A stretch of 64,000 nt of DNA from Schmidtea polychroa (lineage: Eukaryota). The notes beneath the pieces were generated by a model that saw nothing but the letters and a program-made list of their open reading frames with translations, ran no database searches and was not told the origin of the DNA. How positions within the stretch are numbered: position 1 is the first letter of the stretch; each line of letters starts with the position of its first letter. The translations under genes and the position numbers were made by a program. Location: positions 190,216,001 to 190,280,000 of the forward strand of contig CM097885.1 in the NCBI GenBank assembly GCA_044892525.1, in the 5' to 3' direction. Below are positions 60,880 through 64,000 of this stretch, one piece after another.

Positions 60880-61570
60880 AATGAATTTTCCGCCTTCGTA
60901 AAAAAATAATCCAAAAATTGAAATAAATCATTGCATTATCCAGCGCAGGGCACTTCTTGTAAAACATTTGGAACCTACATTGAAAGCCGTCATGCACGAT
61001 GTCATCAAGATTATTAATTTTGTTAAAGGAAATGCACTAAACACGCGGCTATTTCGTGAATTGTGCCAAGACAGTAAATTTATACAAAATGAGAAATGTT
61101 ATAAATCGAGTATGGGCTCTCAAAACTGAATTGGAAATTTTTATGGTCGGTCATCAAAAACATCATCTTGCAGATAAAATTAAAAATTCTTCATGGGTTG
61201 CATATCTCGCAAATTTAGTCGACATTTTTAAGCATATAAATGTATTGCATAAAAATTGCAAGGAAAAATATAAAAATGTCATTTCACCCATAGAAAATAT
61301 GTCAGCATTTGGGTCAAAACTTTTGCATTGGAAGAAAAAAAAGAACAAAACAAAATAGCTTCTTTTTCAAAATTAGCTTAGTTTTTGGAAGATTGTGACA
61401 ACACTTTTCATGACATCAAGAATATAATCAGACTCAGAGAATGGTTCTCTCATTACTTTCCATATTTAGTCCTTCATATTTACAATTGGATTGTTGATCC
61501 TTTGAAATGTGATGAATTTTACATACCAGAACATAGCAGATCACATCAAAAAGTCCTAATTTTGAAATCA
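60880..61570 (+). pseudogene. Buster-type hAT transposase remnant
   Basis: HCIIQRRAL..DVIKIINFVKGNALNTRLFRELC, and WVAYLANLVDIFKHIN. Confidence 0.8.
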
Positions 61571-61710
61571 TTTTAACAAAAATGAAACATCATTTTTCTA
61601 AAACGTAAAAGCGTTTGAATTATGTTAATGTTTACCGTTTTTATTTACTTTCAGAGTTTTTATAAAAATTTCAATAAGTAATAAATAATATACATATATG
61701 CTTTTTTGCT

Positions 61711-63078
61711 TTTCATAAATAAACGTCCAAATTTCATAAATAAAAAACCAATTTTCATAAATAAAAAACCAAATTTCATAAATAAAAAACCAAATTTCAT
61801 AAATAAAAAACCACATTTCATAAATCAACGTCCATAATTTATTAATTCAAAATCAATTATTTCATATAATATTACATGTTTTATTTCCTTATGTCTGACG
61901 ATAAACTAGGAAGAAAATTAAGGGTTGCGATGACTCCAAGCATATTTAACCAAATAAAAAGGCTTTAAAAAGTGAAGTCTAAGGAAGAAATGATGGAGAT
62001 TACATCACATAGCAAGACAGCTTTAAATTCAGCCATTCGAAAGATTGAATCTTGTGGAAATGATGATCCTGCTTTTGAGGCATTATACAAAAGTGCAGGC
62101 AGGAAAAAGAAAAATTATGACGCCCTCCATACCGAGATCCGTTTTTTAATGGGCAATGATAATTCATTGACTCAAGTTGGATGTAGAGGGCGTCTCCAGA
62201 ATAATTCAATATCATTGTCTACTGTAAATAGGGCAGTTAAAGAGGCCGGCCTTTCCCGGAAAAGGCTGAAGAGGAGAGCTAATATTGTTCTTACTGAAGA
62301 ACATAAGGCGACCCGACAAGCCTTTTGCTCACGAATCTTGGGAATGAGATCCAGACACATCTTGTTTTTGGACGAATCTGGATTCAATCTGCATACCTCC
62401 ACCAACTATGGATATTCTCCAGTTTGGCAGGATGCAGTCATCTACCAACCAAGATCTCGAGGAAAAAACATCTCGCTGTGTTCTATTATTTCCATGAATG
62501 GAATAGAACATTTTAATCTTGTTGATGGTGGATGCAACAGAGAAATTTTCTTGGGCTTTTTAGAAGAATGCTTTCGAAAAGGTATTTTTCAAAATAATCC
62601 TGTTTTGATAATGGACAATGTTCGTTTCCATTGTGGGGAAGAAATTAAGGATTTTCTGATTGCCAGAGGAGTTTAGGTAATAATGTTGCCTACGTATTCA
62701 CCGGCTCTAAATCCAATCGAGAATACTTTGGTTGCATTAAATATAAGCTCGATCGCATTAGACCAAGGGCCGAGACAAGGGAAGAATTGAAGGAGGGGAT
62801 TAGAAACGTTATCCATGATTTCGGATCTTGCGATGAATATTATCGTAGTTTCTGGCAGCATGTTAATTTGATTAATAACAGGCAAGAAGAATAAAATATC
62901 TCAATAAATAAAAGTAATTTGAAATTTTTTATGGATTTTTATTTTAATGAAATGTGGATTTTTATTTATGAAATTTGGATTTTTATTTATGAAATTTGGT
63001 TTCTTATTTATGAAATTTGGATTTTTATTTATGAAATTTGGTTTTTTATTTATGAAATTTGGACGTTTATTTATGAAA
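61711..63078 (+). mobile_element. Tc1/IS630-family transposon with minisatellite-built TIRs
   Basis: About 120-bp TIRs made of 21-bp TTTCATAAATAAAAAACCAAA units, inverted at the two ends. Transposase 61972-62890 with FLDESGF and IMDNVRFH, then an in-frame TAG at 62674 followed by YSPALNPIEN. Confidence 0.93.
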
Positions 63079-64000
63079 TGGACCTACGCAAAAATATTTT
63101 AGGGTAATGGTTAAAAAGGTCTCCCGAACACTGATCTAAATGTTATATTATATCATAAAATTCTCTACAAAAAAGATTTTATTCATTTTTTAATGTAACC
63201 AAACATTTTCGTGATTTATCACAAATAAAACATTTATCAGCCATGATAAGTAATAGTCTGAAACTAATGGAACAAAAGCTCAATGATCTAAGTGGAAATA
63301 ACTTTTCGTGCTTAAAGTTTTACGTATATAACGACAAAGTCAGCTACTTCGATGTGGATGCTATAAATAGATTCGTTATATTGTAAGGAAAAAAACAAGA
63401 AAAGTCCAAAAACACGTAATATTTAAATAATGAAATGCAACACATAGTTGTAAAATTACACAAACTACTGTCGAATATCCCCATGGTGGGCGAAAGGCAT
63501 TGAACAAGATATATTTTATTTTTTCTTAAATATGTAGATATAAGTGGTGAAAACTAGATATTTTACTTAATAAATGCTGTTTATTAACACAAATGCAAGT
63601 AAGATATCATTAATGGGATTGCTGCTGATTTTTTTTCATTGGATAATTTTTCAATTCTGGGAGCTATATTTGTTACAGCTAAAGCAGAACCAATATTTTT
63701 TTTATTTAAAGTGTCAGATAATGGTAATAATAATCTCATTGCTTTTTTATGGAAATTTTCTCATCCATTCACAAAGAATTTATTTGTATTTTTTTGAGTC
63801 GAACTGCAATTTTAATGCCGAATTGCAACATAATTCAAATAACTGTTTTTGTTCGAAATCAGTCAATCAGTTATTATCATGTTCGACAAATGGTTTACAA
63901 TCCACATATTTCCTTTTCGCACATACTTTATTTAAAATATAATCATAATAGTTTACATGATCTTAGAAATACCAAAATGTTGATTGTTGTAATCTCGCTG

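Noticed and set aside
61625-63107. ORFs with repeated IYEIWFF (61625-61828 and 62919-63107)
   Set aside because: They are translations of the 21-bp TIR minisatellite.
1-64000. Prokaryotic defence system, operon, rRNA or tRNA genes
   Set aside because: None was recognisable. The IS-like transposases belong to eukaryotic Merlin and Tc1/IS630 lineages.

Overview
AT-rich eukaryotic scaffold with three N-gaps, probably an invertebrate. The AAT/TA microsatellites and the element set are consistent with a planarian-type genome, but that is not provable here. The window is mostly nested transposon debris: hAT (Buster, Ac-like and ZMYM1-like types), Merlin, piggyBac, Tc1/IS630, pogo, Penelope, an R2/NeSL-like LINE and several Ty3/Gypsy pol remnants. 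No complete host gene was recognised. The standout is a 9.8-kb segment (about 20107-29928). It encodes an IAP-type RING protein, a putative LTR, and a near-continuous polyprotein of about 2,400 aa: Ty3/Gypsy Gag (3 zinc knuckles), three ubiquitin-like domains, a Bcl-2-like domain, an internal signal peptide and a chuvirus-like class III fusion glycoprotein. No protease, RT, RNase H or integrase is present. The segment sits between two near-identical 2.1-kb direct repeats. These are not its LTRs; they are a duplicated slice of the nested target locus. The gene order suggests a circularly permuted single-LTR copy. All domain calls come from motif recognition by eye and need profile or structure searches to confirm.
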